From Candidatus Acidiferrales bacterium (GTDB lineage Bacteria; Acidobacteriota; Terriglobia; Acidiferrales; UBA7541), in assembly GCA_035551975.1 (NCBI GenBank), contig DASZMG010000161.1, positions 22,606 to 86,605 on the forward strand: a stretch of 64,000 nucleotides of DNA, written 5' to 3'. Positions 10,095 through 19,624 of the stretch are shown in pieces; position 1 is the first letter of the stretch; each line of letters opens with the position of its first letter. The notes below the pieces were generated by a model. That model was not told where the DNA came from. It ran no database searches and was given only the letters and a program-made list of their open reading frames with translations. The translations under genes and the position numbers were made by a program.

Positions 10095-11795
10095 TCAATT
10101 TGGCTGGGTTATACCCGTGAGCAGCGGCTGAGAGAAGCGGATGGGAATGCCAAAATTCGAGCCACCAAAGCCTTTCAGCACGGCGAAGGTAACCCCTATC
10201 ACCTTGCCATCGGGATTGATGAGCGGCCCGCCAGAGCCGCCGGAAGTTGTCTGCGCGTCGAACACAATTTTGTCCGGCAGAACGTCTCCAATGTGCCCCT
10301 GGGTAATCAGCGGGCGGATCAGATTGCGGCGAGCAAGTTCATCGAGCACCTGAGAAATATCGGCGCCGCTTGCGGATATGATTTTCTGCGAGGTATCTTC
10401 ATCGGTGCGCGCCAGCAGGGCGGCCAGGCCCGTGGCGTAGCCCATCAGCACAATTGATTCGCCGGGCTGGGCAGCGGTCTTGCCGGGGTCGATGGTTAGC
10501 ACGGTGCGCTTCAGATCCTGCATGTTGACGCTGATAGTGGCAAGATCGGTTTCTTTCGAGATGGTTTGGATTTCGGCGCTAAAGGCGCGCGGATCGCCGG
10601 GGAAATAGGCGCGTATCTCGGAGATTTCCGCCTGCACGCCTTCGCCGCCCAGGAAATCGAGGTCGTCGTTCTTCCACCAGGGTTCTGCGACGTGGCGGTT
10701 GGTGATGACGCGTCCGTTCGGCCCGGCCAGAAACCCGGTGCCGAAGACATCCATTTTTACTTCGGGACCGCGGCCGTCGAGGGTGATGATGGGATTCCCG
10801 CTGCTGTCCTGGATGGGCTCTCCCTGTGGATTCAGGCCCGCATAGCGAAGGCGTTGGCCCGATTGCTGATTGCGAAAGGCTACCGAGACATGCAACAGGC
10901 AGACGCTTTGGACGTCCGCTGGAATGACAGCTTCTGCCGAGCCGCGCTCCTGCTCGATGCGCTGCAGACGCGCGTTGGTCTCTGCGAGCTGGCTTCGCAG
11001 GGCCGAAAGGTCACTGGTGCTTGGATCCGCGGTGGCAATGCGCGATTTTAGATCCGCGGCTTTCTTTTTGAGGTCGTCCTTGCTGGCCAGCGGGGCTTCC
11101 TGGGACTCCTGTGAGGCGCGCAGCTTGCGAATTTGAGCAAGCAGATCCTGCTGGCGGATGATTCCGCCTTCGAGGCCGGCAATGAGTTTGGTTGTGCGCA
11201 GGTCCTGCTTTTGCGTGCTGCGCGCGAACAGAAAATAAATGCCGGCCATAACCACGGCAAGCGCGAGCACCGACGTGAGACCGATCTTCAGGCGGCGATC
11301 GAGGCTGAACGCGTCGCTGGTCATTTTCTCGGTGACGGCGAGCGCTTCGAAGGCGGTGTGGGCCATCTGCTGGCCCTCCTCGGCAATTTGCAACTGGCGG
11401 CGCAACCCGTTTTCGGTTTTCAGCAGCCGAAGTTGGTTGCGGATGCGCGCGAGAAGCTCGGTTTGGACGCAGGGACATGAAATGGCATCATCGGCGCCAT
11501 ATTCGAGGGCCGCCGTGCGTTGCGAAGCCTCGGGGCCGACAAGCAGAATCACACGCGCCGCGGAGGTGGGCGCTGCGCCGCGAATTGTGGCAAGCAACTC
11601 GCGCGCTTCCGGGGTCGCACCGGGACAGTCGAGCAGCAGCAGATCGGCTGCGGACTGGCGTGCAGCTTCGAGCATTTCAGTGGGCGACGAAAAGCGGGTC
11701 ACTTCGTGGCCTGCGGCTTGCAACGCGGTTTGCAGGGTGCCGGCGGTTGCCGCGTCAGGCTCGAGCAGGATGATTTTTTCGCGGGTGTCATTCAT
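10095..11795 (-). CDS. response-regulator receiver domain fused via coiled-coil and one TM helix to a trypsin-like (S1/DegP-type, no PDZ) serine protease domain
   Basis: N-terminal REC (KIILLEPDA...ADLLLLDCPG). TM helix IGLTSVLALAVVMAGIYFLFA. Coiled-coil stretch. C-terminal triad candidates VITNRHVAE (His), ETDLATISV (Asp) and TTSGGSGGPLIN (Ser). Confidence 0.8.
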   Translation of the reverse strand: MNDTREKIILLEPDAATAGTLQTALQAAGHEVTRFSSPTEMLEAARQSAADLLLLDCPGATPEARELLATIRGAAPTSAARVILLVGPEASQRTAALEYGADDAISCPCVQTELLARIRNQLRLLKTENGLRRQLQIAEEGQQMAHTAFEALAVTEKMTSDAFSLDRRLKIGLTSVLALAVVMAGIYFLFARSTQKQDLRTTKLIAGLEGGIIRQQDLLAQIRKLRASQESQEAPLASKDDLKKKAADLKSRIATADPSTSDLSALRSQLAETNARLQRIEQERGSAEAVIPADVQSVCLLHVSVAFRNQQSGQRLRYAGLNPQGEPIQDSSGNPIITLDGRGPEVKMDVFGTGFLAGPNGRVITNRHVAEPWWKNDDLDFLGGEGVQAEISEIRAYFPGDPRAFSAEIQTISKETDLATISVNMQDLKRTVLTIDPGKTAAQPGESIVLMGYATGLAALLARTDEDTSQKIISASGADISQVLDELARRNLIRPLITQGHIGDVLPDKIVFDAQTTSGGSGGPLINPDGKVIGVTFAVLKGFGGSNFGIPIRFSQPLLTGITQPN

Positions 11796-11928
11796 AGGGT
11801 GGGCCGGATATGAACCGCGGTGCTTGCCGCCTCAGTATTACCTCGGGGCAGGTGAGGTTAGCACCGTTTTGCGCGACCGGAACGTGCAATCATTTAGATC
11901 GATTCGGAGGGGCCGAGGTTACAGAATC

Positions 11929-12648
11929 GTGGATGAGAAAGGGCGAAAATTGGAGCGGCTCAACGAGGAGATCGTGCGGTGCCGCAAGTGCCCGCGACTG
12001 GTGGTGTATCGGGAGGAGGTCGCTCGCGACAAGAGATTAGCCTTCCGCGAGTGGGACTACTGGGGGAAGCCGGTGCCGGGATTCGGCGACCCGTCCGCGA
12101 AGCTGCTGATTCTCGGCTTGGCTCCCGCAGTACACGGCGCGAACCGTACTGGACGAATGTTCACGGGAGACCGCTCCGGTGATTTTTTGTACAAGGCGCT
12201 GTACAACACCGGATTCGCGAACCAGCCGACTTCGGTGCGAATGGGCGACGGGCTCAAGCTGAGGAATGCGTATATCTCTGCAGGGGCGCGTTGCGCGCCG
12301 CCGGCGAATAACCCTTTGCCATCGGAGTTGGAGAATTGCCGCCCATATTTCGAGCGCGAGCTGGAGATTTTGCGGCCAAAAGCAATTCTGGCGCTGGGAA
12401 GTATCGCTATGCGCGTTTACCTGTCGATTCTGAAACGCGAGGGGAAAATTCAGACCTTCGCTCGCTATTCATTTGTGCATGGGGCGAGCTATTCGTTTGA
12501 GGGCCATTCGCCGAAATTGTTCGCGTCGTATCATCCCAGCCAGCAGAACACTTTTACCGGCAAGCTCACTGAAACGATGCTGGCGGATGTGCTGCTCGGG
12601 ATTCGCGATTTCCTCAGCGGGCGAACTGTTGAACCGCGAGCACGCTAG
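11929..12648 (+). CDS. uracil-DNA glycosylase superfamily protein (family 4/5, Fe-S type)
   Basis: CRKCPRLV cysteines, then GLAPAVHGANRTGRMFTGDRSG and HPSQQN motifs. The start is uncertain: GTG at 11929 was chosen, and the ORF track extends to 11239 with no plausible coding signal. Confidence 0.7.
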   Translation: MDEKGRKLERLNEEIVRCRKCPRLVVYREEVARDKRLAFREWDYWGKPVPGFGDPSAKLLILGLAPAVHGANRTGRMFTGDRSGDFLYKALYNTGFANQPTSVRMGDGLKLRNAYISAGARCAPPANNPLPSELENCRPYFERELEILRPKAILALGSIAMRVYLSILKREGKIQTFARYSFVHGASYSFEGHSPKLFASYHPSQQNTFTGKLTETMLADVLLGIRDFLSGRTVEPRAR

Positions 12649-12756
12649 CGCGCTATCTGATGCCGCTGCCGCGAGTGCTCGATTGACACTGTTGCGGCGC
12701 GCTTGTTAGCCTGCTCAGGACGCAATGTCTCCTCCGCGTCAGTCCCACCCTCTTCT

Positions 12757-13533
12757 ATGGCTCACGAACCCCACACGGCAGCCGCCATCGAATTTGAAGA
12801 TGCCACCTACCGCTTGCCTCAAGGAAAAATTCTGCTGCAGCGCGTACGTTTGCGCGTGCCGGTCGGCGAGACGCTGGTGCTGCTGGGGCGCAGCGGCGCG
12901 GGAAAAACCACGGCCCTGAAGCTGATCAACCGGCTGCTCGAGCCGAGCGGCGGTGCCGTGCGAGTCGATGGAAAATCCACAATGGAATGGGATGTTATTG
13001 CACTGCGGCGGCGCATCGGATACGTGATCCAGGAGGCTGGGCTTTTCCCGCATTACACCGTGGGCGAAAACGTCGCAGTGGTGCCGAAGCTCGAAGGATG
13101 GTCGGAAGACCGGCAACGGAGGCGCGTACGCGAGTTGCTGGCCCTGGTGGGGCTCGAGCCGGACGAATTCCGCGAGCGGTATCCGCACGAACTTTCCGGC
13201 GGCCAGCGGCAACGCGTGGGAGTGGCGCGAGCGCTGGCGGCCGATCCGCCGATTCTGCTGATGGATGAGCCGTTCGGAGCGCTCGACCCGTTGACGCGGG
13301 GCGAAGTGCGGCGCGAATTTCACGAGTTGCAAGCGCGGCTAGGGAAGACCATCGTGATCGTGACGCATGACATCAGCGAGGCATTGCTGCTGGCGACGCG
13401 TATTGGATTGATGGACGCGGGCGAGTTGCGTGGAGTTTATTCGCCGCGCGAATTCCTGAATGCGACTGAGCCAGTGGCCGCGGCCTATTTAGCGCAACTG
13501 CGCGTGCTGGAAGAGGCCGGGGAGGAAAAATGA
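12757..13533 (+). CDS. osmoprotectant (glycine betaine/choline-type) ABC transporter ATP-binding protein
   Basis: Walker A GRSGAGKTT, signature LSGGQRQRVGVARAL and Walker B ILLMDEPFGALD. ATG at 12757. ATGA overlap with the permease gene. Confidence 0.9.
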   Translation: MAHEPHTAAAIEFEDATYRLPQGKILLQRVRLRVPVGETLVLLGRSGAGKTTALKLINRLLEPSGGAVRVDGKSTMEWDVIALRRRIGYVIQEAGLFPHYTVGENVAVVPKLEGWSEDRQRRRVRELLALVGLEPDEFRERYPHELSGGQRQRVGVARALAADPPILLMDEPFGALDPLTRGEVRREFHELQARLGKTIVIVTHDISEALLLATRIGLMDAGELRGVYSPREFLNATEPVAAAYLAQLRVLEEAGEEK

Positions 13534-14165
13534 AACTGGCGAGTTTCTTCGCGCAGCACGCGGACGAAATTCTGCGCGCGACGGGCGAACACGTCTGCCT
13601 GGTGTTTTGGGCGATGCTGATCGCCACTGCGGTGGGCGTGCCGCTCGGAATCCTCGTGACGCGGCGGCCATGGCTCTCGAAACCGATTCTGGGCGGCGCG
13701 AACATTGCCGAGACCATCCCAAGCCTGGCGCTGTTCGGATTTTTGTTGCCGGTGCCCTGGCTGGGAGACCGCGCGGAACGGTTGGCGATTGTGGCGCTGG
13801 CGCTTTATGCATTGCTACCGATCATTCGCAATACAGTCACGGGAATTGCTGGCGTGGATCGCGCCGTTCGTGAGGCTGCGCGCGGCATGGGCATGACGGA
13901 CCGGCAGATACTTTGGAAGGTCGAGCTGCCGCTTTCGCTTTCCACGGTGATTGCGGGAGTGCGCGTGGCCACGGTGCTTACGATCGGTATCGCGACAATC
14001 GCCGCAGCGGTAGGCACCGGCGGCTTGGGCGAATTTATTTTTCGCGGGCTGGCCATGGTGAATAATCAACTAATTCTTGCCGGCGCTATTCCTGCGGCGA
14101 TGCTGGCTCTGGCTGCCGATTTTGGTTTTTCTCTGCTCGAGCGGCGCTTCCGGCCAGTGCGATGA
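13530..14165 (+). CDS. ABC transporter permease (OpuB/OpuC-type)
   Basis: 211 aa, multi-TM, with an EAA-like loop (VDRAVREAARGMGMTDRQILWKVELP). Confidence 0.9.
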   Translation: MKLASFFAQHADEILRATGEHVCLVFWAMLIATAVGVPLGILVTRRPWLSKPILGGANIAETIPSLALFGFLLPVPWLGDRAERLAIVALALYALLPIIRNTVTGIAGVDRAVREAARGMGMTDRQILWKVELPLSLSTVIAGVRVATVLTIGIATIAAAVGTGGLGEFIFRGLAMVNNQLILAGAIPAAMLALAADFGFSLLERRFRPVR

Positions 14166-14172
14166 TGAACCG

Positions 14173-15066
14173 ATGAAGTCGAGCGCGGCGCCGTTGCTGG
14201 CTCTGGCTGCTGTGTGCGTACTGCTTTTCGCCGGATGCGGCGCCGGGCGCAAGAACACGGTTGTCATCGGATCCAAAAATTTTCCCGAGCAGGCGCTGCT
14301 TGGTGAAATTCTGGCCCAGCAGATCGAAGCGCACACGCACTTCCGCGTGGAGCGGCGTTTTTATCTGGCGGGCAGCTTCATTTGCCAGCAGGCCATGCTC
14401 AGCGGACGCATTGACGCTTACGTTGAATATACCGGCACTGCCCTGACCGCAATTTTGCACGATCCGGTGGCGTGGGATCGCGCGAAGGTGCTGGATCAGG
14501 TGCAGCGGGAATATGGGCAGCGATTCAAGTTTGATGTGCTGCCGTCGCTAGGGTTCGATGACACGTTCGCCATGGTGATTCGCGGAGGCGATGCGCGGCG
14601 GCTGAACGTCAAAACGCTTTCGCAAGCCGCGCAATACACGCCGCAGTGGCGTCCGGGATTCGGGTATGAATTCATGGAGCGGCCCGATGGCTACGCGGGG
14701 CTCGCGCGCGCCTATGGGCTGCAATTTGCGGCGCCGCCGCGCATTCTCGATCTCGGCCTGCTGTATCGCGCGCTGCTGTCGGATCAAGTGGACCTAATCG
14801 CGGGGAATTCCACCGATGGATTGCTGTCCGCGCGCGACCTGGTGGTGCTGGAAGACGACAAGCACTATTTCCCGCCGTATGACGCTGTGCCCATCGTGCG
14901 CGAGCAAAGCGAATCGCAATTTCCCGGATTGCGCGAGGCTGTGGCGAAGCTTGGCGATAAAATCTCGGACGCCGATATGCGCAAGATGAATTATGCCGTG
15001 GTGGCGCAGCAGCGGGACATCAGTGACGTGGCGCGGGAATTTTTGCGCGCGAAGCAATTGAACTGA
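14173..15066 (+). CDS. glycine betaine/osmoprotectant ABC transporter substrate-binding lipoprotein
   Basis: Start at MKSSAAPLLALAAVCVLLFAGCG (lipobox). IGSKNFPEQALLGEILAQQIE and YVEYTGTAL are typical of the OpuBC/OsmF family. Confidence 0.9.
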   Translation: MKSSAAPLLALAAVCVLLFAGCGAGRKNTVVIGSKNFPEQALLGEILAQQIEAHTHFRVERRFYLAGSFICQQAMLSGRIDAYVEYTGTALTAILHDPVAWDRAKVLDQVQREYGQRFKFDVLPSLGFDDTFAMVIRGGDARRLNVKTLSQAAQYTPQWRPGFGYEFMERPDGYAGLARAYGLQFAAPPRILDLGLLYRALLSDQVDLIAGNSTDGLLSARDLVVLEDDKHYFPPYDAVPIVREQSESQFPGLREAVAKLGDKISDADMRKMNYAVVAQQRDISDVAREFLRAKQLN

Positions 15067-15081
15067 CGGCGGAGAGGTGGG

Positions 15082-15786
15082 CTAGTCCGCGGAAGCGTCG
15101 GAAGCGGGCACCAATTCAGGCTCAAATTCGCTGGCCTGCATTTCGGTTGCGAGGGACGAAAACCGTTGCATGATTTCGTTCAGGCGCAGCGTCATGCGGT
15201 GGATGGTTTGGATCTGCTCGCGGGTTCTTTCAAATGCCTGGCCAGGCTCGAAGAGAAGCAGGTCGGCGTTGCCCAGAATGGAAGTGAGCGCGTCGTTGAC
15301 GCCAGGACGCATGTCCAGCATGTAACGGCCGAGCGCGGCATAGGCTTGCGATTCGACAACGCAACGTTCGGCGCGGTGCGCGCGTCCGACTGCTTCGACG
15401 CGGCGCAGGATTTCATTTCCGAGCAGACTGAGATTTGCCGCCCAGTCTTCGCGGCGTTCCAGAACCAGCAGAGCGGGGTGGCTGGTTTGTAGCGCATGGC
15501 TTTCACGCACTTCCGCCGTCAAGTAGATGACTGGTTTGCCTGTGGCAGCGTTCAGGATGGACAGCAGCAAGGAACGCGCATCGTTGCGCAAGGCGCCGGC
15601 GATGATCAGATCGTGCTGCGACGCGGCCGCGGGCCGCCAGGTGTCGCTGGTGGCCAGCGTGATTTCCGGAGCAGACTTTTCGCTTTGCCACCGCGCAAGA
15701 AGAGGGCGAGCGAATTCCGGATCGTCCGACAGAATCAAAACACTCGGACGTGCTATCGAGGAACGAGGTTCTTCGCGGTGGGTCAC
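15082..15786 (-). CDS. hypothetical two-component mimic: receiver-like N-domain plus DHp (HisKA)-like helix, apparently lacking both phospho-acceptor residues and any ATPase domain
   Basis: SVLILSDDPEF...HDLIIAGAL looks REC-like with no Asp at the acceptor position. PGVNDALTSILGNADLLL aligns to the H-box SHELRTPLTSILGYAELL with Pro in place of His. GTGA overlap with the upstream gene. Confidence 0.6.
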   Translation of the reverse strand: MTHREEPRSSIARPSVLILSDDPEFARPLLARWQSEKSAPEITLATSDTWRPAAASQHDLIIAGALRNDARSLLLSILNAATGKPVIYLTAEVRESHALQTSHPALLVLERREDWAANLSLLGNEILRRVEAVGRAHRAERCVVESQAYAALGRYMLDMRPGVNDALTSILGNADLLLFEPGQAFERTREQIQTIHRMTLRLNEIMQRFSSLATEMQASEFEPELVPASDASAD

Positions 15787-17339
15787 GATTGAAGCTTTTC
15801 TGCCTCTTCGATGGACGAGACCAGGCGCTTTGCGCTGATTCCCAGGTTGATGGCGGATTCTGTGTTATTCATGCGCTTGGCGTTCTCCACCCGGCCCTGA
15901 AGATAGGAAATCTCCGCGCGCGCGAACGAGAGCGATGAAGCGAGCGCCTTCTGCTCGCCGGAACGCTTGCGCTGATCGATGGCCACGGCCAGCAAAGAAC
16001 GGGCAACCACGGCACGGCGAATGTCTTCCGACTTCACGCCGTTGTCGCCGGTGAAAGCGGCCACTTCCCAGGAGGAAAGCAGCACCTTGGTGTCCTGCAA
16101 AGATATGGTAGCCATGGCGCGCGCGCCGGTGCTGGGAACTCCGGTGAGTTGCTGAGTAATGCGCTTCGCGCAACCTTCCGCACCGAGAGCGTTCGATGAG
16201 GCTGGAGCTTCGTCGATATTCTGCGCTTGCTCGGAGCCGGCTTGATCTCCGCGACCCTTCCAGAAGCGGCCCCATTTGAATCTTGGCGCCGGCGTCTCGC
16301 GTTTGTTCTGTAGGGCTACGGGACTGTCTTTTGCGGCCTGGTCCACATCCTGAGTGGTTCTCTGAGATTCCGCCTGATGCAGCGCATCCTCCAGGTCGGT
16401 TCGCAGCGCCTGGAGCTGCTCGAAGGAGCGCGTGACCGAGCCTTCCGTATAGTCCTTTTGGAATGGCTGTTTCCAGTTCGCACAGAAGTAGCGAAGTTGG
16501 GAAGTAGTTTCCGCGGCGGAAAGGCCGGCCCGGCGGCAATCCACCGTCTTCTTGCCTTTCGCTTCAAGGGCGTCGATTGCCTCGCCCATAGCTTTCAAAT
16601 CGTTATGAAGCACGCGAATAAAAGCACGGCGCAGCAGAAAATTGAAGCGCGAGAAGGCAATCAGGGCCGCGGGCTCGTAAAAGGCGACTCCGATGGAATC
16701 TTTCACCAGCCTGCTTTGCTCGAAAATGCCGGTTTCCGTTACGTCGCGAAGGCAATGGCAATATTCGAGGTCCGCCAGGATTTTCTCGAGCGGACCGATG
16801 CATTCGCTAGTTTGCGCGGGGCTGGAGATGACCGGCTGTAGAACACGGGCAACGTCGTCGATCCCAATTTCCTCGCGGTAAAGTTCTTCCGGCGCGCACA
16901 GCGCAAAGTATTGCGCCAGCAGCCAGTCCAGCTTGTCGCGATGAACGACGGTTCGATCGAGCTTCTTCACGTGGCGCTGGATGAAAGCGCGCAGGCTGGG
17001 CTCGCTCCCGTTCAGGATTTCCGAGGGAATCTGGCGGAGCTGATAGGCAAGCACACTCGCGTCGATTTCATCGAGCCACTTCAGGTCGCGGTCGAAGGCG
17101 CTACGCGTGGGACGCGCCGGTGGCACTTCGCCCCCGGGATAGGGAGCGGGAATCAGCTTGAATTGCGAAGCAAGGGCGGCATAAATCGGATATGCCAGCC
17201 GAGCCTCGGCCCATTGAGCGGCCAATTCAGCATTCGTTTTTTTTGCCTGGCTTGGGTGTGTATCGGCGGAAACTCCGGCAACTCCCGATGGGTTCATAGT
17301 GGTAGTCGACAAGGTCTGGCTCACGGTTTGACGATCCAA
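15783..17339 (-). CDS. hypothetical protein (518 aa), no recognisable domain, no TM segment or signal peptide seen
   Basis: Long ORF in the operon. TTG start at 17339 is preceded by a strong SD (GAAGGAGAGG). Coupled to the downstream gene by a 4-nt overlap. Confidence 0.7.
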   Translation of the reverse strand: MDRQTVSQTLSTTTMNPSGVAGVSADTHPSQAKKTNAELAAQWAEARLAYPIYAALASQFKLIPAPYPGGEVPPARPTRSAFDRDLKWLDEIDASVLAYQLRQIPSEILNGSEPSLRAFIQRHVKKLDRTVVHRDKLDWLLAQYFALCAPEELYREEIGIDDVARVLQPVISSPAQTSECIGPLEKILADLEYCHCLRDVTETGIFEQSRLVKDSIGVAFYEPAALIAFSRFNFLLRRAFIRVLHNDLKAMGEAIDALEAKGKKTVDCRRAGLSAAETTSQLRYFCANWKQPFQKDYTEGSVTRSFEQLQALRTDLEDALHQAESQRTTQDVDQAAKDSPVALQNKRETPAPRFKWGRFWKGRGDQAGSEQAQNIDEAPASSNALGAEGCAKRITQQLTGVPSTGARAMATISLQDTKVLLSSWEVAAFTGDNGVKSEDIRRAVVARSLLAVAIDQRKRSGEQKALASSLSFARAEISYLQGRVENAKRMNNTESAINLGISAKRLVSSIEEAEKLQS

Positions 17340-17668
17340 TTCTCGACCTCTCCTTCAAATCGCGCGGCGACGGCTTTACTCCCGTGGTGATAGCGGACAG
17401 CTACCACCGTTGCGCGCGCGTCCAGAGATCGGTCCGAACTAACGACGCGAATATGATCTTCAAATTCCAACGGAAGCGACGACACGAACAAAATTTCATT
17501 TGCGGTGCCAAATTCCAGAACGGTTCTTTCTTGCAGGCGCCGGCGTCCGTTGCTACGCGTTACCAGCCGAACCGGTATGCGAATCGAGCAAGAATTCGGA
17601 AAAAGCTCAGCGAGCTTGTCTATACAGCTTTCTTCAATGGGAGTTGCGACGGCCGCCTCGCGAGGCAT
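17321..17668 (-). CDS. small PilZ-like protein (partial motif set)
   Basis: 115 aa with RIPVR (RxxxR-like) near the N-terminus and a beta-rich remainder. SD AAGGA lies 8 nt upstream of the ATG at 17668. No clear DxSxxG motif. Confidence 0.55.
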   Translation of the reverse strand: MPREAAVATPIEESCIDKLAELFPNSCSIRIPVRLVTRSNGRRRLQERTVLEFGTANEILFVSSLPLEFEDHIRVVSSDRSLDARATVVAVRYHHGSKAVAARFEGEVENWIVKP

Positions 17669-17731
17669 CCTGTTTCCTTAGGGCTGAAAGCTTATTGCAA
17701 AGCGCACTTGTTCTGGCCCGAACCGAAAAGA

Positions 17732-17747
17732 TGCACGAAGCGGGCCA
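17732..17747 (-). promoter_or_regulatory. candidate sigma-54 (-24/-12) promoter for the PilZ-like / 518-aa / mimic operon
   Basis: The minus strand reads TGGCCC-GCTTC-GTGCA with exact GG-N10-GC spacing, about 65 nt upstream of the ATG at 17668. Confidence 0.45.
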
Positions 17748-17873
17748 AAGAAAAGGAGGCGATAGTGACGCTAAGTCTTGGTCGCTGCGTGGATTAAGGG
17801 AGAGGCTTCCGTGGTCTTGGTCTCAACCTGAAACACATGCGTCTCATTCGCACCGCCGGCCCCAATCGTCAGC

Positions 17874-19277
17874 CTATCGCCCAGCCTGGGCGAACTGTGG
17901 TCTTTCAGAAGGCCGCAACGGGATGTTATAGCGCTTTAATTTTCGGTAGAGGGTCGCGCGACTGATGCCGAGCATTTTCCCGGCGAGCGCTTTGTCTCCG
18001 TGAGCCTGTTCGAACACCCGTTGAATGGTGATCCGTTCCAGGTCAGCAAGCGCCGTGGTTGAAAGCGATGTGCCGTCGTTCACGATCAATCCGGCTTCCT
18101 GCGTATCTCGAATCGCCGGAGGCAGGTCTTCCATATCAATCATATTGTCTTCCCCGAGCGCCAGTGCACGAGCAATGCAATTTTCCAACTCGCGGACGTT
18201 TCCCGGCCAGTCGTACTGCAGGAATGCTTTCATAACGGCGGTGGAAACCTGAATGGCCCTGCCCGGTGCGTACCGATCCAAAAAACAGTGTACTAGCTGC
18301 GGAATATCGGAACGGTGTTCCCGCAACGACGGCAGCCGGATGGTCACTACGTTGAGCCGGAAATAGAGATCTTTGCGGAATGTGCCGCCGCGATAGGCTT
18401 CTTCCAGGTCGCGGTTGGTAGCCGCGATCACGCGGACATTAACGGAAACCTTCTCATTGCTGCCCACCGGCCGCACTTCGCGCTCCTGCAGCACCCGCAA
18501 AAGCTTGGCCTGCATCTCGAGCGGCAACTCGCCAATTTCGTCCAGGAAGATCGTGCCCCCGTTGGCGGCCTGGAATAGTCCGGATTTCGCTTTGAGCGCG
18601 CCGGTAAACGCGCCTTTATGATGGCCGAAAAGTTCGCTTTCCATCAGCGTGGGAACTAACGTGCCGCAATCCACTGCAATAAAGGGCATTTTCGCGAGGG
18701 ATCCGCGAAAGTGAATGGCGCGGGCAACCAGTTCTTTCCCCGTTCCACTCTCGCCCATGATCAGAACCGGCGCGCGGTTGTCCTTGAGTCGGGAAACGAT
18801 TCGCAGCACATCCTGGATTTTTCCGGAAGTGCCCACGATTCCGTCCAACTGCGATTCAGTTTCGGCGCGTTCCCTCAGGAAATCGTTTTCGGTGACCAGG
18901 CGCACTTTTTCCGCCATGCGCTGAAGCAGCAATCGCAGACGTTCGACGCGAAACGGCTTCTCGATATAGTCGTAAGCCCCCTTGCGCATAGCGTCGACGG
19001 CCGATTCGATGGAACCGTATCCGGTCATGATGGCCACTTCGGTACGCGGGTTCGATTGCTTGATCTTGCGGAGAAGGTCGAGGCCCGACATCGTAGACAT
19101 CTTCAAGTCCGAGAGCACAATGTCGGTGGGGGATCCTTCGAGAAGTTCCGCCGCGGTTTCGGCGCTTTCCGCTTCGCCACACACGAAGCCAAGGCCCTGC
19201 CCCACTGTCAGGCACAGCCGCCGGATGCTCTGTTCGTCATCGACTACCAGAAAGCGAAGCCTCAACTCATCCGTCAT
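17874..19277 (-). CDS. sigma-54-dependent response regulator (NtrC family: REC - AAA+ - HTH)
   Basis: REC ([13 protein letters not shown]...DIVLSDLKM). AAA+ domain with Walker A GESGTGKE and the sigma-54 contact loop GAFTGA. C-terminal Fis-type HTH ([18 protein letters not shown]). Start taken at MTDELRLRF. Confidence 0.9.
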   Translation of the reverse strand: MTDELRLRFLVVDDEQSIRRLCLTVGQGLGFVCGEAESAETAAELLEGSPTDIVLSDLKMSTMSGLDLLRKIKQSNPRTEVAIMTGYGSIESAVDAMRKGAYDYIEKPFRVERLRLLLQRMAEKVRLVTENDFLRERAETESQLDGIVGTSGKIQDVLRIVSRLKDNRAPVLIMGESGTGKELVARAIHFRGSLAKMPFIAVDCGTLVPTLMESELFGHHKGAFTGALKAKSGLFQAANGGTIFLDEIGELPLEMQAKLLRVLQEREVRPVGSNEKVSVNVRVIAATNRDLEEAYRGGTFRKDLYFRLNVVTIRLPSLREHRSDIPQLVHCFLDRYAPGRAIQVSTAVMKAFLQYDWPGNVRELENCIARALALGEDNMIDMEDLPPAIRDTQEAGLIVNDGTSLSTTALADLERITIQRVFEQAHGDKALAGKMLGISRATLYRKLKRYNIPLRPSERPQFAQAGR

Positions 19278-19624
19278 AGTTTTTTTAAGTCCCAGTCGAC
19301 TGAAACTCGTCAGCGGGGCTGAATTTTGCCCGCCGCTGCAACACGCTGCCACCCACGCGCCTCAGGGTTACTTACGAACACAAAGGCGCTATTTCGGTTG
19401 ATGGAACGAAGTTATGAGCCATCTCAAAATGAGTCAACGACACGGGTAACTCGTGTTGCGTAAGTGCCAACTCGGAACAGTCGTAATTTGAGACACTTTC
19501 GGCCCCGCTTTACCCCTCAATGAGACAACTCCCCCCATTGCAGCTGGAGAGCACAGCTCTCAAACCCCAACTCACACCGAAGCAGTAACTTGCCGAGGTT
19601 ATCGCTTTGGAACAAATGTGCCGA

